Shown here: piece after piece, positions 8,773-17,998 of the stretch
Position numbering within the stretch: position 1 is the stretch's first letter
Layout: the number at the start of each line of letters is the position of its first letter
Virus record (IMG/VR): IMGVR_UViG_3300009983_000001
Span: 1-52,756 of that record
DNA: 52,756 nt
DNA from: a virus
Direction: 5' to 3' (one strand)
Made by a program: the position numbers and the translations under genes
Notes under the pieces: model-generated
What the model saw: only the letters and a program-made list of their open reading frames with translations
The model's database searches: none
Told to the model about the DNA's origin: nothing

Positions 8773-9900
8773 ATGCGTATTCAGAACGCCAGCCGCCGAG
8801 GCACCGACCATGCACAGTTTGCGGCAGCCGTCCGAGCGGGTCATTCCGCAGAGCTGATTGCAAGCCTTAACAAGAAGTTTGGCATTGCCCACGCGAACGA
8901 CACGCAGTTCTTGGGCATCCTGCCGCGTACCGTCGTGAACACCTACGACGGCAACGGCATCGAGAACGGCAAAGCTTTCGGCGATCCTGACAAGGTTGCA
9001 ATGGACGCGCAGCCGGAGCTTGTGACCGTCAGCAACGCCGGCATTCCTGCGTTCCTGTCGAACTATCTCGACCCCGCGTTGATTGAGATTCTTGTGTCGC
9101 CAATGCGCGCCGCCGAGATTGCCGGCGAGATGAAAAAGGGTGATTGGGTTACTACCGTCACGACTTTCATCACCGTAGAATCTGACGGTCAAGTCAGTGC
9201 TTACGGTGACTACTCGAATGCCGGCAATGCCGACTTCAACTCGAATTTCCCACAGCGTCAATCGTTCCACTACCAAGTGTTCACCCAATGGGGCGAAAAG
9301 GAACTTGCGTATATGGGCCTCGCGGGCATTGACGCTGCAAGCCGCAAGAACGTTGCGTCGGCGCTGGTGTTGAACAAGTTTCAAAACAAGTCGTACTTTT
9401 TCGGCATCGCTGGCCTGCAAAACTATGGCTTATTGAATGACCCAAACTTGCTGCCATCCATCGTTCCCACGAATGCGTGGACGACCGCAACTGCCGAGCA
9501 GGCTTGTAACAACATCGTGGACCTGTACGTTCAACTCGTGCAGCAAGCGAATGGCTTGGTTGACAACTCCACCCGCATGACGCTGGCAATGTCGCCTACT
9601 CGTCAAGCTGCGCTGCATCGTATCAACTCGTTCGGTCTGACCGTATTGAAGATGATCGGCGAGACCTTGCCCAACCTGACCATCAAGGTTGCGCCGGAGT
9701 ACAGCACCTCGTCAGGCGAATTGATGCAACTGATTGTTGACGAGATGGACGGCCAAGAAACTTGCACGGCTGCTTTCACTGAGAAGATGCGCGCACACGC
9801 AATCGTCGTGGGTTCGTCCAACTTCTCACAGAAAAAGTCGCAGGGTACTTGGGGCACGATCATTTTCCGCCCTGTCTTAATCTCTTCATCGCTCGGTTAA
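8773..9900 (+). CDS. Major capsid protein (DUF2184-like by recollection)
   Basis: 375 aa downstream of the scaffold-like gene. Size and synteny only. Confidence 0.7.
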   Translation: MRIQNASRRGTDHAQFAAAVRAGHSAELIASLNKKFGIAHANDTQFLGILPRTVVNTYDGNGIENGKAFGDPDKVAMDAQPELVTVSNAGIPAFLSNYLDPALIEILVSPMRAAEIAGEMKKGDWVTTVTTFITVESDGQVSAYGDYSNAGNADFNSNFPQRQSFHYQVFTQWGEKELAYMGLAGIDAASRKNVASALVLNKFQNKSYFFGIAGLQNYGLLNDPNLLPSIVPTNAWTTATAEQACNNIVDLYVQLVQQANGLVDNSTRMTLAMSPTRQAALHRINSFGLTVLKMIGETLPNLTIKVAPEYSTSSGELMQLIVDEMDGQETCTAAFTEKMRAHAIVVGSSNFSQKKSQGTWGTIIFRPVLISSSLG

Positions 9901-9914
9901 GCTGCGTCCCTACG

Positions 9915-10412
9915 ATGTACGGCAATAACGCCCTCGGTGTGTACCCACATGCCGAGGGCGTTCCTATTTCGGGTGTCTATTACAACCGCGCATCGTCGCT
10001 TGTTCCCGGTGCTGAGGCGGGCTTCCGTGCGGGCAATGGGGGCGTCGCAATTGGGCGCTTTGGGTGGGCTGAGCCTGACGGTACGGTCTACAACGCGCGC
10101 ATGTCTGCCGAAGGCTTGCTCGGCCTCGTAGCGATTCAATGGGGTGATTGGCGGCGGGTGTTTTGGGATGAGACGACACGAGCGTGGCGGATTCGTCAGG
10201 GGCTTAACTTGACGATGATGTCAGCGGCCCCCGGTATATTGGTGCATATCCCCGGCGGCGCGCAGTGGAACCAGCGTATTTACACGAGCCCGCTAGACGG
10301 CATTCCCGTTGCGGGGTACGCTGTGGGCTTAGAGCCTACTCCGTGGGCGGTCGGTCGGCCTTGTACGGCCGGCGGTCTTTCTCTTCTCACAACTTGGAAC
10401 CCCCTCACATGA
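9915..10412 (+). CDS. Virion structural protein, paralog B
   Basis: ATG at 9915 (M23 of ORF 9849-10412). SLVPGAEAGFRAGNGGVAIGRFGWAEPDGTVYNA parallels 7986-8714. Confidence 0.55.
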   Translation: MYGNNALGVYPHAEGVPISGVYYNRASSLVPGAEAGFRAGNGGVAIGRFGWAEPDGTVYNARMSAEGLLGLVAIQWGDWRRVFWDETTRAWRIRQGLNLTMMSAAPGILVHIPGGAQWNQRIYTSPLDGIPVAGYAVGLEPTPWAVGRPCTAGGLSLLTTWNPLT

Positions 10413-10840
10413 GCGAAACAAGCAACGCATCGAATATGGTCATTGTTGGCTGCAAGCTGCCAAACGGCTTGCATTTGGACCTGAAAAACAAAGATGGTGA
10501 AAAAGTACGTGTCACCATCGTAGGTGCCAACGCTTCGCACATCATTGGCGGGTACGGTATGACGCCGAATGTGTCAGCCGAGTTCATGGCCGAATGGTTC
10601 AAGCGCAACGCAAAGCACCCTGCCGTGGTCAACAAGGAAATCTTCATTCATGGTGATCAAGCCAGCGCCCGCGCGATTGCAAAGGAACATGCGGAAGTTG
10701 TAACCGGCTTGGAGCCTATCGACCCTGTCGCGCGCGGCATGCTCAATAACGAAAACGGCGAAGTCGATAAAAAAGAGCTGCGCAAGTTTCGTCAATCGCA
10801 AGCTGAAAACCCACGTGCCGGCCGTCAGATTGTAGAGTAA
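10409..10840 (+). CDS. Hypothetical head-module protein
   Basis: ATGA-coupled internal start of ORF 10265-10840; 143 aa. Confidence 0.6.
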   Translation: MSETSNASNMVIVGCKLPNGLHLDLKNKDGEKVRVTIVGANASHIIGGYGMTPNVSAEFMAEWFKRNAKHPAVVNKEIFIHGDQASARAIAKEHAEVVTGLEPIDPVARGMLNNENGEVDKKELRKFRQSQAENPRAGRQIVE

Positions 10841-10846
10841 ACAAAC

Positions 10847-11347
10847 GTGTCTGTAGCACCTTGCGCGCCTGTTGTTGTTACCCGGGGCATTGTTGTCTTT
10901 GAACCCGCTGTGTTCAAGGCACAATACCCTGCGTTTGCAACAATAAGCAATACCGTGCTGCAGACTGATTTCGATATCGCAACGCTTTTTTTGAACAACT
11001 CGTGTTGCAGCGTCGTCAAGGATGGCATTGTACGCGAGCGCTTGCTTTACATGCTCGTTGCTCACATCGCCGCGCTGTTGCAAGGCGAGAATGGCAAGCC
11101 ACCCTCGGGCATCGTCGGCCGTGTGGATAAAGCCAGCGAGGGCACTGTGTCGGTGTCTGCTGCCTACGTTAACGACATGAGCATGTCCGAGGCGTATTTC
11201 GCACAAACACCCTATGGCGTGATGTTCTGGACCGCAACGGCAGGTTACCGCGCGTTTCATTACGTGCCGGCACCGCTTAATGGTTGCATTGGTCGTGGTC
11301 CGGGCTTCTACGGCCCCGGCTATGGTGGCCCCGGCGGCTGTTGCTAA
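10847..11347 (+). CDS. Head-tail connector protein (DUF4054-like by recollection)
   Basis: GTG start, 166 aa, positioned after the capsid module. Confidence 0.55.
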   Translation: MSVAPCAPVVVTRGIVVFEPAVFKAQYPAFATISNTVLQTDFDIATLFLNNSCCSVVKDGIVRERLLYMLVAHIAALLQGENGKPPSGIVGRVDKASEGTVSVSAAYVNDMSMSEAYFAQTPYGVMFWTATAGYRAFHYVPAPLNGCIGRGPGFYGPGYGGPGGCC

Positions 11348-11848
11348 ATGGCATTCAAAGCCATTACCGCAAGCGTTGAAGGCGGCCGAGCGATGGAACG
11401 GCATCTCAAGGAAATAGAGAAACAGCTCGGCCGAGGCGCGCATGTGCGTGTGGGGTTTCTTGCAAGCGCCACCTATCCCGCAGGTGTAGACGATGAGAAA
11501 GCCGGGCTACACGTGGCGCAGGTTGCCGCGTGGAACGAATGGGGAACCGCTACGAGCCCCGAGCGTCCATTTTTCCGTGACATGGTCGAGAAGAAAAGCC
11601 CGCGATGGGGCGTGACGCTTGGCAACATCCTGCGCAAAAATAATTACGACGGGGAACGCTCGTTGTCATTAATGGGCGAAGTGGTAAAAGGTCAGCTTGT
11701 GCAATCTATCCGCAACTGGTCGTCACCGGCGAATGCGCCGCGTACTGTCGCAAAGAAAGGTTTTAACAAACCGCTGATTGACACCGGTGTTATGTTGCGG
11801 TCGGTCGACTACCAAGTCGTGACCGGCGAGGATTCAGGCGATGATTAA
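11348..11848 (+). CDS. Head-tail joining / neck protein (HK97 gp10-like, tentative)
   Basis: 166 aa, directly abuts the previous stop. Synteny only. Confidence 0.5.
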   Translation: MAFKAITASVEGGRAMERHLKEIEKQLGRGAHVRVGFLASATYPAGVDDEKAGLHVAQVAAWNEWGTATSPERPFFRDMVEKKSPRWGVTLGNILRKNNYDGERSLSLMGEVVKGQLVQSIRNWSSPANAPRTVAKKGFNKPLIDTGVMLRSVDYQVVTGEDSGDD

Positions 11849-12257
11849 CGTTCACGCGGCCGCGAACAATGCGGTGCAAGTCGTCAACCCTGACGTGGTG
11901 GGCACTTTCTATGCATCCACGGGCAACACGCCAAACGCATCGTTTAAACAGGTGCCGGGCTATGCTGCCGGCGTCAACGTTCCGCTGCAGTTGCAAGCAA
12001 TAAGCGCCCGTGATTTAAAACACCTCGAAGGCATGAATCTGCAAGGCGTGTTGCGCTCGGTTCACATGTACGGCAACACGCAAGGCGTTGTGCGAGTGAC
12101 CCAACAAGGCGGCGATTTGCTTTACTTTCCCGAAGTTCCTGCGGGAACGTCCCGCGTGTGGAAAGTCGTCAAGGTCGTTGAAACGTGGGCCGATTGGTGT
12201 CACCTTATCGTAAACCTGCAAACCGACGCCTCCCCACCCTCGCCGCCGCCCCCATAG
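11841..12257 (+). CDS. Neck/tail completion protein (hypothetical)
   Basis: 138 aa, 8-nt overlap with the upstream gene. Confidence 0.5.
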   Translation: MINVHAAANNAVQVVNPDVVGTFYASTGNTPNASFKQVPGYAAGVNVPLQLQAISARDLKHLEGMNLQGVLRSVHMYGNTQGVVRVTQQGGDLLYFPEVPAGTSRVWKVVKVVETWADWCHLIVNLQTDASPPSPPPP

Positions 12258-12258
12258 C

Positions 12259-12792
12259 ATGCCGTTAACCGTCTCTATCACTCAGCAAGACGTATATGCC
12301 GCCCTTGGCGCGTTCGTTACGTCTGTGGTGCCTGCGGGCGTCGCAGTGATACAACTTCCGGTTGATCGCGCTGCGATGCCGCCGCCTGTGCCGGGATTCG
12401 TGGGAATGACCGCAAACCTGCAAACGCGGATCATGACCAACCTTGACCGCTGGAATCCTGCGAACCCTGCGCCGGTTGCGATCAACATCGAGCAAGCAAT
12501 TAAATTGACCGTAAAATTAGATTGCTATGGTCCGGCGGCTGCTGATTGGGCCGTCATGCTGTCGACGGTTTTGCGCGATGAATACGGTGTCGATTCCCTT
12601 GCGCCGACCTTGGCTCCGCTTTATACCGAGATGCCACGCTTCATGCCGCTGACCAACGCCGAGGAACAATACGAACAACGGTGGATTGTAGAGGCGCAAT
12701 TGCAATACAATCCAGTAATAACGACGCCGATGCAGTTTGCAAACGCGGCAAATGCTGACCTTATCAACGTAGACGTGAGTTATCCGCCATGA
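12259..12792 (+). CDS. Tail terminator-like protein (hypothetical)
   Basis: 177 aa immediately upstream of the sheath gene, ATGA-coupled to it. Confidence 0.5.
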   Translation: MPLTVSITQQDVYAALGAFVTSVVPAGVAVIQLPVDRAAMPPPVPGFVGMTANLQTRIMTNLDRWNPANPAPVAINIEQAIKLTVKLDCYGPAAADWAVMLSTVLRDEYGVDSLAPTLAPLYTEMPRFMPLTNAEEQYEQRWIVEAQLQYNPVITTPMQFANAANADLINVDVSYPP

Positions 12793-14300
12793 ATTCAATC
12801 CCCGCAAGTCAACTGGTGAATGTCATCCCGTCTGTGTTGAGTGCCGGCGGCAACCCGCTGTCGCTTAATACCGTGATGTTGACTGACAGCACACGTGTTC
12901 CAATCGACGCCGTGCAAGCCTTTGCAACCGTCGAAAGTGTACAAAACTTTTTCGGTCCTACTTCAATCGAAGCCGACCTTGCTGCTGTTTATTTTAACGG
13001 TTTCGATACTGCAACAGCGTTGCCAAGCGTGTTGTATTTTTCGCAGTTCAACGAAGCCGCAGTTGGCGCGTATTTACGTTCGGCAACGTTCGACGGTGTA
13101 ACACTCACACAGTTGCAAGCCCTGTCGGGTAACTTGATTACTGTTGTCAACGGCGTGTCTTCCACATCACTTGCGATTAACCTTGCGAGCGCGACAAGTT
13201 TTTCAAACGCCGCCGCGTTGATTCAAACCGGCATCCAAGGCGGTACGCCTGCGAGCACTGCCACAGTCACTTATGACTCGCAGCTTAAAGCGTTCGTGAT
13301 TCACTCGGCTACGACTGGCGACGCTTCTACCATTGCGTTTGCAACGGGCACGTTGTCCACTGGTCTTAAGCTCACCTCGGCAACCGGTGCAGTGCTGTCG
13401 CAAGGTTCGGCTATCGCAACTGCTGCCGGCGCTATGGCTCAAATCGTCAATGTGACGCAGAATTGGGCCGCGTTCATGACCACGTTCGAGCCCGACCTTG
13501 ATGTCATGATTGACTTTGCCGAATGGGTGCAAACAACCAACGATCGTTATATGTATGTTGGTTGGTATTCGGATGCAGCACCGCTCGCGGGTCCTGCACC
13601 TGCATCATTCCCCGGCTTGGTTGTAGCTGCGAACATGGATGGTGTCACGCCGATCTATGAACCCGCGACCGATGACGGCAACGGCCGTAAGGCTGCGTTG
13701 ATTTGCGGCATCACTGCATCAATTGATTACTTTCAAACGCAAGGCCGCGTGTCTTACGCGTATCGTGGCCAAGCGGGACTCGTTGCGGATATCACTGATG
13801 CAACGCAGGCGCTCAACCTTGAAGCGAACGAATCGAATTTTTACGGTGCGTATGCTACCGCCAACGATCGCTTCGTGAATTTGCAACGCGGCGTAATGCC
13901 GGGCGCGTGGAAATTCATTGATGCCTATGTCAATCAAATTTGGTTGAACAACGCACTGCAACTCGCATTCATGGAGCTGCTCACGAGCATCAATTCGCTG
14001 CCATACAACGCCACGGGTTACAACCTGTTGCGTGCGGCTGCACTGGACCCGATTCAAGCCGCATTGAACAACGGCGTGATACAGCCCGGCGTCACCTTGT
14101 CGAACTCGCAGCGTGCGCAGGTAAACACTGCCGCAGGTGCCAACATTGCGGATACGCTGCAAACGTCCGGCTACTACCTGCAAATTTCAGACGCCAGCCC
14201 AATCACGCGCGCCAATCGAGGCTCGCCTCCTATGACGCTGTGGTATACGGACGGCGGCAGCATCCAAAACATTGAACTCTCGTCGATCGACGTTCAGTAA
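12789..14300 (+). CDS. Tail sheath protein (DUF3383-like by recollection)
   Basis: 503 aa, followed by tube-sized and chaperone genes. This order is typical of contractile tails. Confidence 0.7.
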   Translation: MNSIPASQLVNVIPSVLSAGGNPLSLNTVMLTDSTRVPIDAVQAFATVESVQNFFGPTSIEADLAAVYFNGFDTATALPSVLYFSQFNEAAVGAYLRSATFDGVTLTQLQALSGNLITVVNGVSSTSLAINLASATSFSNAAALIQTGIQGGTPASTATVTYDSQLKAFVIHSATTGDASTIAFATGTLSTGLKLTSATGAVLSQGSAIATAAGAMAQIVNVTQNWAAFMTTFEPDLDVMIDFAEWVQTTNDRYMYVGWYSDAAPLAGPAPASFPGLVVAANMDGVTPIYEPATDDGNGRKAALICGITASIDYFQTQGRVSYAYRGQAGLVADITDATQALNLEANESNFYGAYATANDRFVNLQRGVMPGAWKFIDAYVNQIWLNNALQLAFMELLTSINSLPYNATGYNLLRAAALDPIQAALNNGVIQPGVTLSNSQRAQVNTAAGANIADTLQTSGYYLQISDASPITRANRGSPPMTLWYTDGGSIQNIELSSIDVQ

Positions 14301-14328
14301 CTCGCATTTAACTCGGGAGTATTAAGCC

Positions 14329-14781
14329 GTGGGCGTATCAATCACAAGCGCGAATGCAAAACTAACGTTGACCGTTCGCAACAATGCCGGCATTGTTGTC
14401 GGCCCTTTCACTGTTGAAGGCTACGCACAAGACGCGGCCTTCGGTGTTGAAGCGGTCGACGCTGCTGAGGTTATCATGGGCGTAGACGGCAAACTGTCGG
14501 GCGGCTTCCTGCCGCAGCCAACACGGTTTACTGTATCGCTCATGGCGAACAGTCCAAGCGTCGCCTTATTTGAAGCATGGAACAGTGCGCAAAAGGTTCT
14601 CGGCGATGTGTTGGTTGCTGACGGGTTCGTCGCTGCGCCTTCACTTGGTAAAGCTTATGCACTCGTCAAAGGCTTCCTTAGCCGCTTGACGCCAATGCCC
14701 ACGGCGCGCAAAAGCTTCTCGGAACCGATGGTGTACGAGCTGACGTTCGAGTCTTCCACGCCTGCTCCTATCACGGTGTAA
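14329..14781 (+). CDS. Tail tube protein
   Basis: 150 aa, GTG start, between the sheath and the frameshifting chaperone. Confidence 0.65.
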   Translation: MGVSITSANAKLTLTVRNNAGIVVGPFTVEGYAQDAAFGVEAVDAAEVIMGVDGKLSGGFLPQPTRFTVSLMANSPSVALFEAWNSAQKVLGDVLVADGFVAAPSLGKAYALVKGFLSRLTPMPTARKSFSEPMVYELTFESSTPAPITV

Positions 14782-14784
14782 CGC

Positions 14785-15273
14785 ATGGCACGCAAAGAGC
14801 TACGCGTTAAAATCACGGACAAAGGCCGCGACGAGGGCAAAACGTTCGTGCTTCGTGAGATGCCCTCGGATCAAGCCGAGCGATGGTTCGTACGTCTGGT
14901 GTTGGCGCTTGCCAATGCCGGCGCGAAGATGCCCGAGGAGATATTGTTCGGCGGCGCTGCGGGTTTTGCAGAGATGTTGCCCACGCTGCGCAACTCGCTT
15001 GTTGTGGCGATTCGCGCAATACAGGGGCTTGACCATCGCGATGTGCAAGAACTGTTCAACGAAATGACGCCTTTCATTACTTGGCAACCGCCCGGCCTTC
15101 CTGCGCCTCCCGAGCAGGAAATATTCCCCGGCGTTAACTGTCAGATTGACGAGGTCGCAACGTGGCTTAAGCTGCGTTTCGAGTTGATCCAACTTCACGT
15201 GGGTTTTTCGCTGACCGTCGACGCATCGACTACGGAATCGGGCGACCGATTACCGGAAGCGCCGACGGTCTAG
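14785..15273 (+). CDS. Tail assembly chaperone (short, G-like product)
   Basis: 162 aa upstream of the tape measure. Contains slippery G_GGT_TTT in the 0 frame. Confidence 0.75.
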   Translation: MARKELRVKITDKGRDEGKTFVLREMPSDQAERWFVRLVLALANAGAKMPEEILFGGAAGFAEMLPTLRNSLVVAIRAIQGLDHRDVQELFNEMTPFITWQPPGLPAPPEQEIFPGVNCQIDEVATWLKLRFELIQLHVGFSLTVDASTTESGDRLPEAPTV

Positions 15274-15446
15274 TGCGTTACGCGAACGTACCGCCGGTCA
15301 TCGGTACGTTAGTTTCGGCTCGCCTTGCAACCCTTACAGAGTTGCAAACGGTGTACGGTGTCGAGGATGCGTATAACATGCTCGAAGTTCTAAAAGTAGA
15401 CATGCACAACGAGCGCATCACCCGTGGCAAGCACAACAGTAATTGA
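14785..15446 (+). CDS. Tail assembly chaperone, -1 frameshift product (GT-like; join 14785..15207,15207..15446)
   Basis: The -1 frame encodes ...LATLTELQTVYGVEDAYNMLEVLKVDMHNERI and ends inside the tape-measure start. This arrangement is conserved in tailed phages. Confidence 0.55.
15201..15207 (+). promoter_or_regulatory. -1 programmed ribosomal frameshift heptamer G_GGT_TTT
   Basis: Fits X_XXY_YYZ in the 0 frame (gtG GGT TTT tcg). The -1 frame is open from 15171 to the TGA at 15444-15446. Confidence 0.6.
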
Positions 15447-16935
15447 CACCCTCATCGTAAAACTTGGATTAGATCCCAAGGAGTTTACTGACGGCCAAAA
15501 GAAAGCGGCTGCTGAAGGCGTCAAGTTTAAAAACGAGACGAAGAAAAACACTGACGAGATGGGCCGGAACTGGACCGGCTTTATAGGTAAAGTCGCAGGC
15601 ATCGCCACGGCTGCGGTTGCTGTTAAAAAATTCCTTTCGTACACGTCCGATTTGTCAACCAGCATCCGACAGTTGGGCATTGACTCAGATAACTATCGAA
15701 TCGCAGCGAACGAGCTGCGCAACTTCGGCAACATTGCAGAGATGAACGGCGGCAAAGCCGAAGACGCAACCAAGAGCGTCAGCGGTCTGACCAAAGCCGT
15801 TTATGATCTTGCATACAACGGTTCAATGTCCGATTCGTTAATCATGCTCGGCCGTCTCGGTGTGCAGTTCCAAGATACAACCGGCAACATGCGTGATTTT
15901 AAGAGCATCGTACTTGACACTGAGAAATCCATTCAAGGCGCTATGCGTAATGGCACCTCGCGTGCAAACGCCTATCAGATGCTCATGCAAGCCGGCTTTG
16001 ATCCGGGTATCGCTAACGCGATTTTAAAGGGTGATGTCGAGGCCCAACTCGCGCGCCAAGGTCAACGTCGGCAAGTTAGCGGTTCTGACGTTACGCTCGC
16101 GACCAAGTGGGAAGAAAGCGCGGCCAATCGTTCGCAGGCGCTTGATGCTGCGGCGCTCAAACAATTGGCTGTTGAAGCGGTGCCGGGCACAATGGCAAAC
16201 AATGCGATTGCAGCCACAGCGGATGCCGCAGGTAATGCGACCATGGGCGGCGTGACGCAAGCATTGGCGGGAGCGTTTACCGAGGCCACAACGGCTGTTA
16301 AAGGTTTTGTTGACAGCCTGCACGATTCGATAGGCGACTCGATGGCTCGTTCATACCCACGTGGACGTGCGGCCTATGAGGATCAGTTCGCGAAGGCATC
16401 GAAAAAGTACGGCTTGCCTGACGGCATGCTTGCCGGCATCGCGCAAACCGAGAGCAACTTTAATCCAATGGCCAAGAATGCATCGGGCGCAACCGGTATG
16501 ATGCAGCTCATGCCGCAGTACTTCCCCGGTGCCGGGCAGAATCCTTTTGCAGACATCAACACCGCAGCCGAGTATGTGCGCAAGTTGCACGACGCCCACG
16601 TTGCTAAAGGCGATGCAGACGATCAAGGCGCGTGGACGTTGGCGCTTGAATCCTACAATGCAGGTCAATCGCGTGTGCGTCGTAGTAGGGCCGGCGGTAA
16701 GCCTCTCGCGCAAGAAACACTTGACTATCCCGGCAAAGTGCTTGGTTACGCCGCGCAAGCAACGCCATCCCCTAACGTCGAGAACATTCGCGGCGGTAAC
16801 AAGGGCGGCGACATCACTTTCGAGAATGTGACTGTGCAAACTAACGGCAAGAACGGTGAAGCGATTGCAACCGATTTCGTGGATGCCACGCGCCGCAAGA
16901 TGCAAGCCGCTCAAGCTGAAACGGGCATGCAGTGA
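15424..16935 (+). CDS. Tape measure protein with C-terminal lytic transglycosylase (SLT) domain
   Basis: 503 aa after the chaperone. SLT motifs AGIAQTESNFNP...GATGMMQLMPQY...ALESYNAG. Confidence 0.8.
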   Translation: MASTTVIDTLIVKLGLDPKEFTDGQKKAAAEGVKFKNETKKNTDEMGRNWTGFIGKVAGIATAAVAVKKFLSYTSDLSTSIRQLGIDSDNYRIAANELRNFGNIAEMNGGKAEDATKSVSGLTKAVYDLAYNGSMSDSLIMLGRLGVQFQDTTGNMRDFKSIVLDTEKSIQGAMRNGTSRANAYQMLMQAGFDPGIANAILKGDVEAQLARQGQRRQVSGSDVTLATKWEESAANRSQALDAAALKQLAVEAVPGTMANNAIAATADAAGNATMGGVTQALAGAFTEATTAVKGFVDSLHDSIGDSMARSYPRGRAAYEDQFAKASKKYGLPDGMLAGIAQTESNFNPMAKNASGATGMMQLMPQYFPGAGQNPFADINTAAEYVRKLHDAHVAKGDADDQGAWTLALESYNAGQSRVRRSRAGGKPLAQETLDYPGKVLGYAAQATPSPNVENIRGGNKGGDITFENVTVQTNGKNGEAIATDFVDATRRKMQAAQAETGMQ

Positions 16936-17693
16936 TGGCGCTTATCCCTAAGCCACCATTCCCGAATGTGCCGAAGCTGCCCGGCGTGCCTCAGCTTCCA
17001 CGCTCGCCGCTGTCACCTACGGCAGCACTGCCAGTGTTAAGCCTCGGCCTTGCGCTCGGGGCCTTGTGGAAGTCTGTTTTTGCCAAAAGCGGCTGGGCGA
17101 TCTACAAAAGCAATGTTGTCGGTTCACAAGATACGAAGACGGACAACACCAATCCAAATCAATTAGACGAGGTCGTCGTCGTTGCGAAGCGTAAGCCTGT
17201 TGTAGAGCCTGATTCGTTCGGCGAGTTCACTTATCGCAATGAGTGGTCGGTTTCCGATTTTCCAGTGCAAGCCGGTGAATTCGCGAGTTACAACAAAGTA
17301 GCAAACCCATTTGAAACAATGGTGCGCATGTATAAAGGCGGCACTAAAGAGGCTCGCAAAAAATTCTTGGATAGCATCGAAGCCATACAAGGCACGCTCG
17401 ACTTATACGACATCGTGACGCCCGAGCGCACTTACCTCGGCGTTAACGTGCTGCGCTATGAAGTGTCGCGACGTGGTGCGAAAGGTGCTTATTTTCTATC
17501 GGAAGTTGATTTATATTTCCGAGAGATTCGGCAAGTCACGTCGACCTACACCACGACTGCGGTTGTCACTGAGAACGCGCAAAGCGCATCGGCTGCGCCG
17601 GTTACTAATAGCGGCGTTGTGCAAGCAATAACGAACATAAAAAATGATGTGACAACGGCTGCTTCCAATACCGTGGGGAAACTCACACCATGA
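16935..17693 (+). CDS. Tail/baseplate protein (hypothetical)
   Basis: ATG at 16935 overlaps the upstream TGA. 252 aa with a Pro-rich hydrophobic N-terminus. Confidence 0.55.
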   Translation: MALIPKPPFPNVPKLPGVPQLPRSPLSPTAALPVLSLGLALGALWKSVFAKSGWAIYKSNVVGSQDTKTDNTNPNQLDEVVVVAKRKPVVEPDSFGEFTYRNEWSVSDFPVQAGEFASYNKVANPFETMVRMYKGGTKEARKKFLDSIEAIQGTLDLYDIVTPERTYLGVNVLRYEVSRRGAKGAYFLSEVDLYFREIRQVTSTYTTTAVVTENAQSASAAPVTNSGVVQAITNIKNDVTTAASNTVGKLTP

Positions 17694-17998
17694 TGCAAGT
17701 TCCTTTGCAGCCGGTGCCTAACCAAACGCTTGCTATAACGCTGGCGCGTCAGGCTGCGCAAATTGCTTTACGCCAAAACGGTGCCAATATCTATTTCGAC
17801 TTACTACTCAATAACGAGTACATCGTGCGAACGCGAATTTGTCGAGACCGTCAGCGGCTATTGCTTGATGCTGCATACAAAGGGTTTGTCGGCGACTTCG
17901 TGTTCATTGATACGCAAGGTGAAGACAACCCTAGCTACAGAGGGTTAGGCGGCGTCGGTTCGCGCTTTCAGTTGATTTATTTGGAAGCTGGCGAATGA
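17690..17998 (+). CDS. Small baseplate-module protein
   Basis: 102 aa, ATGA-coupled on both sides. Confidence 0.55.
   Translation: MMQVPLQPVPNQTLAITLARQAAQIALRQNGANIYFDLLLNNEYIVRTRICRDRQRLLLDAAYKGFVGDFVFIDTQGEDNPSYRGLGGVGSRFQLIYLEAGE

Noticed and set aside
8731-9420. 229-aa minus-strand ORF
   Set aside because: It is antisense to the major capsid gene and is a spurious long reverse-frame ORF.
10574-11443. 289-aa minus-strand ORF across the head-tail connector genes
   Set aside because: It is antisense to tightly coupled plus-strand structural genes. Its Arg/Ala/Cys-rich composition is typical of the reverse frame of GC-rich coding DNA, and nothing in its context supports it.
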